From contig NC_088860.1 in the NCBI RefSeq assembly GCF_963853765.1, positions 40,176,001 through 40,240,000 on the forward strand: 64,000 nucleotides of DNA. The letters run 5' to 3'. The position numbers were made by a program, and so were the translations under genes. This DNA is from Magallana gigas (Eukaryota). Under the pieces are notes generated by a model. It searched no databases and was not told the DNA's origin. It worked only from the letters and a program-made list of their open reading frames with translations. The first letter of the stretch is position 1; each line of letters opens with the position of its first letter. This document shows positions 50,600 through 61,989 of this stretch, piece after piece.

Positions 50600-53176
50600 C
50601 TTGATTAACACAAAGCGTATGGCTGTAGTAGGAAGTTTTGTAGAGAACATGAAATATTCTGGAAAGGCCTCTCAATTTATATACTGAATTGAATGTAAAG
50701 TTTAAATTCCTATCATAAATATGCACTTGGACTTTAACTATAAGATATGTATTGTATTGGTATTGGTATTGTATTGATTTGAACATTGAAACCAAACTTT
50801 TAAGTTTTTTATGATAAGGTCTTCCTCAAAACCTTCAACCTCCTTTATAAAATCTTAATTTGAACAGGTTTATGAATTTTCCAAATTTGAAGTTCATGTG
50901 CGTTTTCACGTACCAAATTCCATAAGTATAATGCATGAATAATCGTAAAACAAATAAGTAATTAATATGAACAAATTTATTGTTATTATTTATATAATAC
51001 TCGTTTCTTGTTTGGCAAAAATGTCCGCTATATCCATTGTGCGGGCTCTATACAATTTTGAATGATTTAAAAATGCCGGAATGACCAGACATATAACATT
51101 AAAAAAACTGATAATAAAAATATAAATGTATATCTGAACGTTTTGTCTTCTTTTTTATGTCAGCAAGACTAAGGTTTTGTATGAGTTAATATAAAATTAA
51201 ACAAATAACTTGAGATCTGTATTCCAGAAATATTTTTTTAAATAAAGATTACTTCGAAAACTAGATTGCATGGTAAGTATTTTTTCACATATAACACACC
51301 TTTTTGGATTTTTGAAAAGGTAAATGTAGCTACTGATATGTATCGCATTATTTAGGTATAAAAAGGAATCATCTCATAAATTATCGATGGCTGTCCCAAA
51401 ATAAAATCGCAGCATAATGCAGCATTATAAGTCAATAGGATTGTTAACATCTACTTGCTACTGATAACACGCCGAAATATTGACATACACCTGTCCCAAT
51501 GGCACCTATTTGCATGTCACTATTTCCTTAATTTACGATTTTTATGTTGTATATGTATATTGATTTATAACATTATAAATGAATTATGTGACCTTAGTTA
51601 CTACAATTACACTGTAAAAGGTATATTATCCACATATTGAAAAAAAAGGATTTATAAATGTTAAAATACAAATTTTAAAAGCACACAAGGAAACATGGAC
51701 AATATAGACACGGGAAGAAGGAAATATTAACCAAGCAGATGACTTAGAAATTAACCTTTACTCCAAACTTGTTGAATTTAGGATAAATCATATCTGTCGT
51801 CAAGTAAAAGCGTTTAAAATTACGTTTTCTGAAAATTAAAAAATGTAGTACGGGCTTGGGATCAGAAAAAAACTTCCGTATGTTTGGTAAAAATTGCGGA
51901 CGGTGATATATATAATAGGTGTTTTTTTGAAATTATAGAGCTTTGATCCATATTCTGTAAGCGTATTTAATTTACATTTGGTTTTGGATTTTATTCAGCG
52001 TGTTTGGTGGCAGGTGGATTCCGCATAGCTACTAGTATATAACAAAATGTACATTGCTATATATAAATCCAATATATTTGTATTTAATACATTTGTTAGG
52101 TCCAATATCATGTTTGCTTAATATTGAACGTTTGCCATATTTTACATTTTAAAATTCTTGTTTAGTTGAAATATCTTTTAGTTATAACTTAATGTAAGAA
52201 ATATAAACTTTTATTAAGATGCAACACTTAAGAAAAAAGGAATACAAAACTACTTGCAGGAATCAATAACAATAACACAAAACTTTAATCATAAAATCAT
52301 CAGAAATTGTCAGGGCATTGTATAATGAAACAAAAACAATACCATAAAATGAAAACAGTCAGACACAAACTAAAATGGCAATGTATTAAAATATGAAATT
52401 ATAATTATAACATAATTGTCTGTAAATGATAGTTATATTTATTTTCCAATTTCTATTTCTTTGATGAGAATCAAAATTCATAAAATGATAAATGGTTATG
52501 AAATTTTCTTTTTCATTAAAGCGTACAAGTCAGATAAGATATGTCTTCGAAACTGCTTAACCAACAAATTAGTTTAGCATTAGTTATTTGGATATCTCCT
52601 GCATGATGATAACGTTTGAAATAACACAATTCACGAATTACCACAAATCAACAAAATTACGCACAAAAAAGTTTCGAAGCAAAATAGTAAACAATCAAAC
52701 ATTATGTTTTTTGTTTTATCATTTATGTAATAAATCAATGAATGTAAGCTTAAAAAACACAGCAAATCGTGGGGTTTTTTCAATCAGAAATCAAAGTTTT
52801 AAAAACATCCACAATTTTTTAATTAGGATTACGTGTTAGTCGCAAAATCCATTTTTTCTTGGGTTTATCTATGACGTTACTTGGAATTTGAATACAGTGT
52901 CACATCTTCATTTTTACATTAAATTTATGCTTTATTATTTCCACAGGAAACATAAATTTACATGCGAAACCGGTGATAACAATATTCAAAGCAGCTATTC
53001 TAAATTTTCACATTTTTCATATTTGCAATGAGGCATTTGATAAACATAGAATACTGATACATATTATTGTTTGTTTTTTCTTTATCAGTATTACACGTGC
53101 CGTCACAATCTGTTCCCGTTTTAATGTTCACACTATAAACATATAACATTTTGAGATGATGTAAGAAACATTAGTT

Positions 53177-53590
53177 CAAGAGGCTCAAAGACCACATTGT
53201 CCACTTTTAAAGAAATAATAGCCAAAACTCGGATTAAATCATATCCATGTTATCGAATACAACATAGTTATACAATAAAGTATGATAGGTCTTGTTCAGA
53301 ATTTTTTTCTCTCAATATCTTTTTATGTTAATTATTTTTTCTTTTCGAATTTAGTTTTTTGAAAGGAAGCTTTTTACCGATTATTTTTCTGTTTATTTTT
53401 AGAATGATAGATTCAACCCTCTCCTACAGTGTATCAACCCCTATCCCGGGGATTCATTTATAACAACAAGCTTAAATCAACACTACATAATGTATGTATC
53501 ATCATAATTTCAGAACTTTTCATGCCCAATGTTTTTTTTTTCTCTTTTTATCTCTATGAAAATATTTGATTCGCTATCCTTATCTGGTAC
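53177..53590 (+). mobile_element. Remnant of a Helentron/CvA(pearl)-like non-autonomous element with a satellite-like core
   Basis: Starts caagaggctcaaagaccacattg. Contains a degenerate monomer (ccctatcccggggattcat...aacaagcttaaatcaacactac). Family recognised from memory. Confidence 0.5.
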
Positions 53591-53599
53591 AATGACGAA

Positions 53600-53947
53600 G
53601 TGAAGTTTTGGCTCTTTATTTGAAGAAATCTAAATTCCGTGTACAAAGTGCACTCTTTCTATGCTTGGTTGAAATTTGTTTTTACAATATTTGGAACAGT
53701 ACGCAACAAGCTGGCAGCGATCACATCTTTTGAGGTTTTCGAAACTTCCGCAAGAAGCACAAGAATAAGGTGACTATTTTTGATTGTGAAGTTCTTCAGG
53801 AAAGCTCAAATAGACATTACATCGTCTTTTCGTTCATTGTTTCCGAGCTTTTGCACAGTTTTTCATGTGACTTTTGCTAATCTTTCATCTGACTTTTTAA
53901 GCTACAGTAGCTCACGATGTGACATTTTGAACATCTCGACATTTTTA
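53600..53947 (-). pseudogene. Decayed fragment with two MYND-type zinc fingers
   Basis: KMSRCSKCHIVSYCSLKSQMKD*QKSHEKLCK, with TAG at 53879-53877 at the conserved Trp. After a frameshift: YSCASCGSFENLKRCDRCQLVAYCSKYCK...(KH.KEC). Confidence 0.8.
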
Positions 53948-54502
53948 TGTAACGTGCAAGGGGGTCACTGCCTGTGATCCCCGCGGGCCCGTACCCGAGA
54001 TAGAATCGGATAGCCCTGATTGCTGCCAATATTTACAAGTGCAGGCTTCTATCACCGCTCCTGCACATATATAGGGACTCAACGTTACGCAGGCAGGGAT
54101 GACCGCACACCTACGCAACTCAACAGGTACCAACGTTAACGCAAGCAGGGATGACCGCACACTTGCACCAACAGCTCAACCTAACGCAAGCAGGGAGTGC
54201 CGCACACTTGCGCTAGAAAGGCCAGAACACCAGCAGGGATGACCACACACTAGTGCTCCGCCGCAACCACCACCAATACAAGCAGGGATGACCGCACACT
54301 TATATTAATGCGATACAGAGCAGGGATGACCGCACACTCTGTATCGTAGGTTATTTCACACGAAGATTAGAAAGAGCAGGGATGTCCACACTCAATCTAT
54401 ACGTACCTGTTCAAGTTTAACCCCAAACAGTCGTTTTTTGATCCGCAATTGACACTGTCCCTATATATGTGCCGGCCTAAAATAATTCATAGTATCTTAA
54501 CA
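53948..54502. mobile_element. 555-bp LTR-like element (TGTAAC...TTAACA) with an internal stem-loop array
   Basis: TG...CA ends and a GC-rich interior relative to the flanks. No TSD could be identified. Confidence 0.55.
54088..54399. repeat. Array of 7 interspaced repeats CAGGGATGACCGCACA, each closed by its own stem
   Basis: Loop copies at 54094, 54146, 54191, 54234, 54283, 54321 and 54377 (last copy 14 nt). Spacers are unique and the period is 38-56 bp. Confidence 0.95.
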
Positions 54503-57427
54503 CAGGAAATCAAAAATAAACAAACTAACTTAACATAACCCAAAAATACTTATACATAACAACTTATTTACATAAAATATTTATTATTGTACAAAAAGTA
54601 ATTAGCAAACTCATTGGTCATTATTGGGAACATTAATTAAATTATCAAAAAAATCAATAAATCAAAGGGGAATAACTCTAACCAAAAAAATACATGAATA
54701 AGCTGCCCGCTTCATTTACTTTTCCAACTCCACACGTTTTGCACTTTGTTGTCATTTTACCCTGAATAAAAAAAAGAAGGTTGGAATTATCTTTAAGTCC
54801 ATTAACTTAATATTTATTTGATGATTGCCATACCGAATTTGATTTTCTCTGGAATTGAGTGGACATGGTGCTACAAAAAATCTGAAAGGATCAGTTTTTA
54901 GATTTATGATCACAACAAAAAAAAAAAAGGACAAAAAATGAAATTCTGAGGATAAGAAAAAAGAGGTGTACATTTTACTTGTTTGCATTGTGACAATATC
55001 GTAATCGTATCTGCTATTTAAGGACAGTACAATATATATATAAATGATAAAGTTTTAATTTATTCTATCTATTCATATAAGGAACCAAACACAAAATAAG
55101 AATATTCTTGTCATAGATTTATTTACAAAAGCGTCATATTTTTAAGAATTTTTGAAAGGAAAATTTTAAAAAATTTCAATCAAATTAGCTAAAAAAGTTA
55201 ATCTATCACTGTATATTTAGGAACTATCTAAAATTTAAAACGGAAAAAGATAAATCACATAGCATCGCCAAACTTTGTGAAATGCAAGATAATAAAGGAG
55301 AAATAACGTAAGTAAGTAAGATTTCAAGAAAATTGGTATAATCCCAAAGTATATTAAAACTTAGATTGAGTATTGTAATGATATCATATTTACTAAATAA
55401 TGACCGGATATGTTGTTTACCAAACCAGTTCGTGCCAAGTGCTTAAAGCAGACATGAATTTATAAAAGCATTTGCAATTGGTCGCAATAATAGTTTCGAT
55501 CGCTTCTCTACTGCCACTGTGGTATATATACCGGTTGAGAAAGTTACGGTCGGTTGCTTTCCGACGAGGCATTTACGTTGCACGTACTTCTAAATGCATG
55601 AACCACTCATTTTTGTAAAATGTAGTACTAGAGAATAAATGAAATACAAAATATATAATTATTCTTTGAAAGGAATCTAAGGTATCCGTATTTTTTTGCA
55701 TAGACAGTTTTGTCTTACTTTGCATGCACATCGAACACGTGTGTCATTCATACAGAGTTCATAAGGTCTGCATCTTGTATTCTTTTAATACTAATCTAAT
55801 TCTTATATCAGATAGTTATATTTAAACAAACATAACAAGCATAATATCTTGAATTACTTTATTAACATGAAAGCATGTCATGTGTGATCTGGTTTGATTT
55901 AAATTGTTATATATCTCTCGTCAGCCTCTACACTCATAATATTGTTTCCACTTGGTACATGTACTCTGCTGCACACTCTGTACCTTTTATATACCATCTG
56001 TAAAATCTGAGTTTAAACAACTTCTGTACGTTAATCTAAACGTGTAATTTAAATATGTCGTCGATCTTTCGGAAACAACAACTGTTAGAAAAAGCTTCAT
56101 CGGATATTATAAACGTGAAATGGTTGCTTCGTATAATAGGACTCATAAGATACATGTACTAGTTGGTAGGTGTTTAGCATATCATTACGGTATACCACAC
56201 ATACGTAGGTCAAATGTTCATATATGTAACAAACTAAGTATTTTTTTTTTAATTAAAGAAATAAGTTATAATATCATGATAGTAACTATATCAATTGCAA
56301 TCCAAAGTATTATATACTACATTAATACTCTCGAAGCCGGAAAGCTGAGGCAGGTAAAATGGCCGGTTTGTATATGTATATAACATTGTATATCTTTACA
56401 ATTGGGAAGATTAAGTTTTATAACTAAAACAAAGCCTGATCTAGATTCTGAACTGAACAACGAGCATTATATCTGTCAAGATTTATGTAAACGTTCGCAC
56501 CTGGTATTTAAATAACCACGTGATCGTGACACGGGTAGAAACTGACTAGAAACAGTAAACAAATGGAATCCATAATATTGGATTGTGACATTTACAAGTC
56601 TGACAGTGACTCTTAGGTAAGCAGAAAATACTCACAATTTAGCTTAATGTTACAACAACTCTCTCCCAATGCAAACGTTTTGTACTGTTTGCTCATTGCT
56701 GACGATTTCAGCTCTTTGTAACAAACTTCTAAACCAAATTTTCAATAGTGTCGAAGTCGAATATAATAGTTCATTATACTTAACATATACTTTGTACATT
56801 TTAGCAACAAAACTAACTCTGAATTAAATTAAGAAAAATAAAACACATTACAGAACAACTGCTAACCTTAATTTCAGAAGATAGGTAGATTATCAATGAA
56901 TATGAAATGTGTATATTCTTCAACTATTCCCAAAAAAATCACGCTTAAAATAAAACAATGTAACAGATTTTAAATGATCCGGGTGTTTCAGTTTTGTGGT
57001 AATTGTATAGCTGTCTGACAAACTGTTCCTTACTGTAAGTGTTTTTCCTAAGTGTTCAGGAAGTAAAAAATGTTTATTTATAAATACAGAATGAGAACTG
57101 TTTACTTGAGTATGCCGTAAAATAATTCCGTATGAATTGTCTGGTCATTCTTAGATAGAGGAGGGGTAGGCAAAGGAGAGAAATAGGTACCGACAACACA
57201 TACCTATGTATAGATTGGTACAAAAGAATGGTTTTGATAAACTATGTAAACTTCAAAGCGAGCCGCTAGGGTGATTTTAAACAATTGTTTTTACTCATCT
57301 ACGTCAGAAATGCTACAACAATTGAATTGGATGCCTCTTGCAGATTACTTTATGTACAGAACAATTATTCATGTTTTTAAAGTTTTACATGATTTAACTT
57401 CAAATTATCTGGACTTTTTAAAAAATA

Positions 57428-57640
57428 CTGTATATTCCTAATTTAACGCGAGGAGTTTTTTTTCGCGTAAAATCGCGAGATGCACCCTTCGCGGATTTAA
57501 AAATCTCGCCTTTATTTTCTGAGAGTTGAGAACTATAAGTAATAGCAAAGTTCCACGTTCGCGATTTTATATTCTCGCGATTTGATACAAACCAGCGGGG
57601 TCGCGGAATTAAGTACTCGCGTAATATAAGGAATTTACAG
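57428..57640. mobile_element. TA-flanked Tc1/mariner-type MITE (CTGTA termini)
   Basis: TA at 57426-27 and 57641-42. TIR ctgtatattcctaatttaacgcgag versus ctgtaaattccttatattacgcgag. Confidence 0.85.
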
Positions 57641-58059
57641 TATGTAGATGAAATAAATACAAGATCCACCAGATTAAGCCAATGTAATGCATTATACATT
57701 CAAAGGGCAAAGACAAACTATTTTAGAAGATTTTTTACAGTTTACAGTGCTCTTTTAATTTATCTCCTTTTTAACATGTCACCAAACTTTAGAATCTCTT
57801 AAATATGCTTACATCAGAGACTATTTTCCTTTGGCGTTACAGTGATAGCCTGTATTTTATTTTCATCGAAGGTTTTTATAATATGTGGCTCTATTTTAGG
57901 AAATTACATGCAGTTTACATCACATATAATTTATGTTTATTTATCTCTCAGAAATACATTTAATTTTACGGCCGAATTGGACCCAAGTTTTTCCTGTTTT
58001 GCTAATAATGTTTTTTTTATTTGCAGTTAATTTAAAGCTTGTAAAAGGGGAAACACGTC

Positions 58060-59751
58060 ATGGAACAGCAGTATTTTGCCCGTGTTGTTGTTCGATGCAC
58101 CCTTTGTAAAACGTGTGTAGCCCCAATGTACTGTGAACAATGTCATTCAAATCTATGTGAAGATTGTGGGAAAAAGCATTCTTGTAAAATACATAATATT
58201 GTGCCACTAAAACAGTATTTAACCAGTCCGAACCAACTGAAGTGTAAACAACACTCAGATAAACAATGTCAAAATTACTGTGAACAATGTGATGTACCTA
58301 TGTGTGCACAGTGTGAATTGTCGAAAGAACATTTAGGACATAAGCAGGTTGGCTTCCTCAAAAAGTCTGAAACCAAAAAAGAAATTTTAGAGAGAGACTT
58401 GAAAGAGCTAGAACACATCATATATCCTAGATATCAGCATATCGTATCTGATATTAAAAGTCAGAAAGCAGATCTTTGTATTAATTCACAGAGGTTAATA
58501 ACGGATTTAGATAATCGAGGAAAAGTTTGGCACAAAGAAATAGACAGCATTATCAGTAATCTTAAATCTGAAATTTCGGAAACAAATTCGAAGCACATGG
58601 CTTTTCTTGATACACATGAAAATAAAACAACACCTACACTTGTTCAAATCAAGCAGGTAATTGCTGACATCAAGAAAATCCTCGATTCAAAAGATGTTAG
58701 TCTTTTCTCTGAGTACAAATCAAGGAATGCCGAATTCATCAGTTTGCCACATAAGGTCAACATGTCTTTACCATGCTTTACTTTTCCAAAAATAAACAGA
58801 GATCGGCTGGTTGAACAGTTTGGTTTTCTGTCAGCATTATCTTTTACAACGGAGGAACAAGACAACAGCATACCGACCCAGGGAGCCGAATCAATTCCCA
58901 AAGACGGGTCGCTGATAGGTGTACCCCAGGTCATTTCAGATATAGACACAAAAATAGGAAGTATATACAGCATGGCCTGTTTAAATGATTCGGAAATATG
59001 GACTCGTGGATTCGGCAACATAATGCATTTATACAATATAAACGGGGAACTAGTAAAAGAAATTCAAACAAAATCAGGAAAACATCCAAAAGACTTATCA
59101 CTGACAAGGTGTGGCAATTTAGTTTATACAGATGTTGATGATAGAAGTGTAAACATAGTGGAAAATGCACAGATACAGACAGTAATAAAACTGAGTGGCT
59201 GGATACCTTGCTGTGTTTGTTGTACCTCCTCTGATGACCTTTTGGTTTCCATGGAAATCGATGATGAAGATGAAGAAGATTTTGATTATGATGACGAATA
59301 TAACGACACGATAACAAAAGTTGTTCGTTACACAGGCTCCATTGAGAAACAAAGTATTCAGTTCAATGAAAAGGGAAAGCCCCTTTATTCATCTGGTGGT
59401 TCAATCGTGGAAAACAAGAACCTAGATATCTGTGTTGCTGATAATGTAGCCGGTGCAGTGGTAGTGGTTAATCAGGATGGGAAACTTCGGTTTTCGTACA
59501 AAGGCCCTCCCTCAACGGCCGAGAAATCATTCTATCCAAGCGGCATCGCCACAGACAGCCAAAGTCGTATCCTGACAGCAGACCCTTGGAACCACAATAT
59601 CCACATCCTGGATCAGGACGGACAGTTCCTCTGCTACATTACTAACTGTGGTTTAGAAGATCCATCTAGTTTATGTGTGGACACAAGCGACCATGTCTTT
59701 GTGGCTGGAATTTTCACACGTAAAGTGAAAAAAATCAGATATTACAACTAA
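58060..59751 (+). CDS. Second RING-less B-box/coiled-coil/NHL protein, 563 aa
   Basis: Single-exon ORF. B-boxes CTLCKTCVAPMYCEQCHSNLCEDC..H and CKQH..C..YCEQCDVPMCAQC..EH..H. NHL repeats FYPSGIATDSQSRILTAD. Probable 5'UTR intron 56617-58026. Confidence 0.93.
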   Translation: MEQQYFARVVVRCTLCKTCVAPMYCEQCHSNLCEDCGKKHSCKIHNIVPLKQYLTSPNQLKCKQHSDKQCQNYCEQCDVPMCAQCELSKEHLGHKQVGFLKKSETKKEILERDLKELEHIIYPRYQHIVSDIKSQKADLCINSQRLITDLDNRGKVWHKEIDSIISNLKSEISETNSKHMAFLDTHENKTTPTLVQIKQVIADIKKILDSKDVSLFSEYKSRNAEFISLPHKVNMSLPCFTFPKINRDRLVEQFGFLSALSFTTEEQDNSIPTQGAESIPKDGSLIGVPQVISDIDTKIGSIYSMACLNDSEIWTRGFGNIMHLYNINGELVKEIQTKSGKHPKDLSLTRCGNLVYTDVDDRSVNIVENAQIQTVIKLSGWIPCCVCCTSSDDLLVSMEIDDEDEEDFDYDDEYNDTITKVVRYTGSIEKQSIQFNEKGKPLYSSGGSIVENKNLDICVADNVAGAVVVVNQDGKLRFSYKGPPSTAEKSFYPSGIATDSQSRILTADPWNHNIHILDQDGQFLCYITNCGLEDPSSLCVDTSDHVFVAGIFTRKVKKIRYYN

Positions 59752-60002
59752 ATAACTAAATGCATGAAATATGCAACACATGTTATATAAAAAAAACATG
59801 ATCATGTTGGAAGCAAACATAATTTATGAGCTTTTACAAATATATTTTTATCAACTAATGCATCGAGATGGGATTTGTCATAGGGAAAAATGCTTACAAT
59901 AAAGCTTACAATAAGTTCATATTTGGGTTTGTTTAGTTCTTTTAATACACGATCACGATAGCAAACTACAGTAGTTTTTGTGGAAAAAAGTCTACACTTA
60001 CG

Positions 60003-60095
60003 ATAGATACATACATAGATGGATATTGATAGATGAATGGATGAATGGATGGATGGATGGATGGATAGATAGATAGATAGATTGATTGATTGATT
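60003..60095. repeat. Compound tetranucleotide microsatellite (ATAG/ATGG/ATTG)
   Basis: gatgaatggatggatggatggatggatagatagatagatagattgattgattgatt. Confidence 0.95.
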
Positions 60096-60650
60096 TGTTA
60101 TATTCTGTAGTATATTCTCAGTATATTACTCTATGTAAACAAATAGTCATTAATTGTAATATTGACCAGTCAATAAGTTTTTTTTTTAATATTGACCGGC
60201 TAGGAATAATATCTAGAGAATATTCACTCTAATTAAACTAATTGCATCTGATTTGTTGATTCGTAAACGGAGACGTGAATAAATCTTTGCGACTCCAAAA
60301 CAAGGTGACGTCATAACAGGCAATCAGTCAAGACAAGTAAACAACGTACGCGCAATTATTGTGAAGTAAAATCAGGTAAAACATCTTTAGCTTACCTCCT
60401 ACGGACGGTAGAGTATCACCAGTGACCTTTTAATGCCGACGATATTTTGGAAATGAACTTTGCGAAAAATTGAATGTTGAACCGAGAAAATAACGGCGAT
60501 CTATTTTCAAAGCATTTTTTTGGGTTAGTTTCTTCATATAATAAAACAAATGTTGACTGTGTTTTCGGGCAACATTGATTATATTAGCCCCATTGGGACA
60601 AATAAATTGCCCTCCGGTTAGCGTTGGGCAATTTTTTGTCCCTCGGGGGC

Positions 60651-60808
60651 NNNNNNNNNNNNNNNNNNNNNNNNNNNNNNNNNNNNNNNNNNNNNNNNNN
60701 NNNNNNNNNNNNNNNNNNNNNNNNNNNNNNNNNNNNNNNNNNNNNNNNNNNNNNNNNNNNNNNNNNNNNNNNNNNNNNNNNNNNNNNNNNNNNNNNNNNN
60801 NNNNNNNN
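60651..60808. other. Assembly gap (158 N) adjacent to a hairpin repeat
   Basis: The N run directly follows the inverted repeat gggacaaataaattgccc...gggcaattttttgtccc (60594-60642). Confidence 0.99.
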
Positions 60809-60884
60809 CAAATTGACATATACCTGCCAATAGTGAATGATATATAGATATATATAAAGCACATGGAAATTCACTTTTTATTGG

Positions 60885-60960
60885 AGCTCCACCGCGCCCC
60901 GACCGAGGCTTGAACTCATGACCTCTGGAACCCATTCTCCTAGCAGTGAGCGGCCACTGC
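60885..60960 (-). mobile_element. tRNA-derived repeat head (SINE-like)
   Basis: Minus strand reads gcagtggccgctcactgctaggagaatgggttccagaggtcatGAGTTCAAGCCtcggtcgggg, with a B-box. Confidence 0.5.
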
Positions 60961-61989
60961 TCATATATTTTCTTACCTACCTATGATATTTTTTTTAAAG
61001 AAAACCAGTCCTACAGACGAATTTTAACTTCTTTATATAACAAAAGGCACCTAAACATATATTACAGTATTGATCAGATCAAACAGAAAGTACACCCCAA
61101 CTGAAGCTCGGGGTTTACTCCACGTTTTAAAGGAGCCTACTCCATCCCTGCGAATGTGTTCGGAATGTTTTCTTTATCCTTGCTAAGTATATAATAAATC
61201 CAGAAGTGCCCGAATGAAAGTTCACGAGACTTCGCCGAGATTTGTCAAGTTCCTGTTAAATTTCGAGCGGAAGTATAAGTGTTCGGATAATATTCTCAAA
61301 ATACAAATGTACTGGTCGTTTTTCACATCATATCCTACTTAGATTTTTGAGATGTATGTCTTATTCCACTATCTAGCGGTTATTTATATTAAACGATAAT
61401 ATTCAGAACAGAGTTATCGTTCGTGTTCAACCAGAATGGTTGAAAATGTAAACATTGGGTTGCTTAATAAAATCATAGCCATGTTTGATGCTTGTGGTGT
61501 GCAATACCATGTTTTAAAAAAAATAATGAGTGTCTGTTTTGCATAGAAACTTAGTATATCGATCCATTTTCAAAGAACATTTTGCATGAAATAGTATAGT
61601 CCGTTTCACTATTTATGCTATTACTAGGTCAGGCGCGGATCGAAAATTAATCCTCAGGGGGGATCTCCACAAGCATGTTAACTGTTGCAACAGCAGAGAA
61701 AAACACATTTTATCCATCAATTAATGAAGATAAAGTTTAAAATCAATAAACCTCTACATTTCATATTTGACTACAAAGTACCTAGATTCTATGAAATAGA
61801 ATATAAACACGAGGCATGATTTTTACTGCGAAACTGAAAGGGTCAAATAAAATCACGTAGTCTAAAATTTAAATGACAATAACATTCGCAGGGGTGTACT
61901 CGAAGTAAAGGCCGAGTGGAATATTTAAACAATTATTTCAATAGGGACTGTATTTTATTAGTGATTGCAAAGATATTCTTATGATGAGA

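Noticed and set aside
54088-54399. Calling the interspaced repeat a CRISPR array
   Set aside because: The context is eukaryotic with no cas genes. Repeats are only 16-19 nt, spacer lengths are irregular, and the spacers form the stems around the repeat rather than being foreign-derived.
61125-61905. Inverted ACATTCGCAGGG(G/A)TG motifs (61143-61158 minus, ~61881 plus; also ~49001) sharing GCAGGG with the hairpin loop
   Set aside because: Probably eroded TIRs of an unrelated DNA transposon. No TSD could be defined and the overlap with the loop motif is too short to be meaningful.
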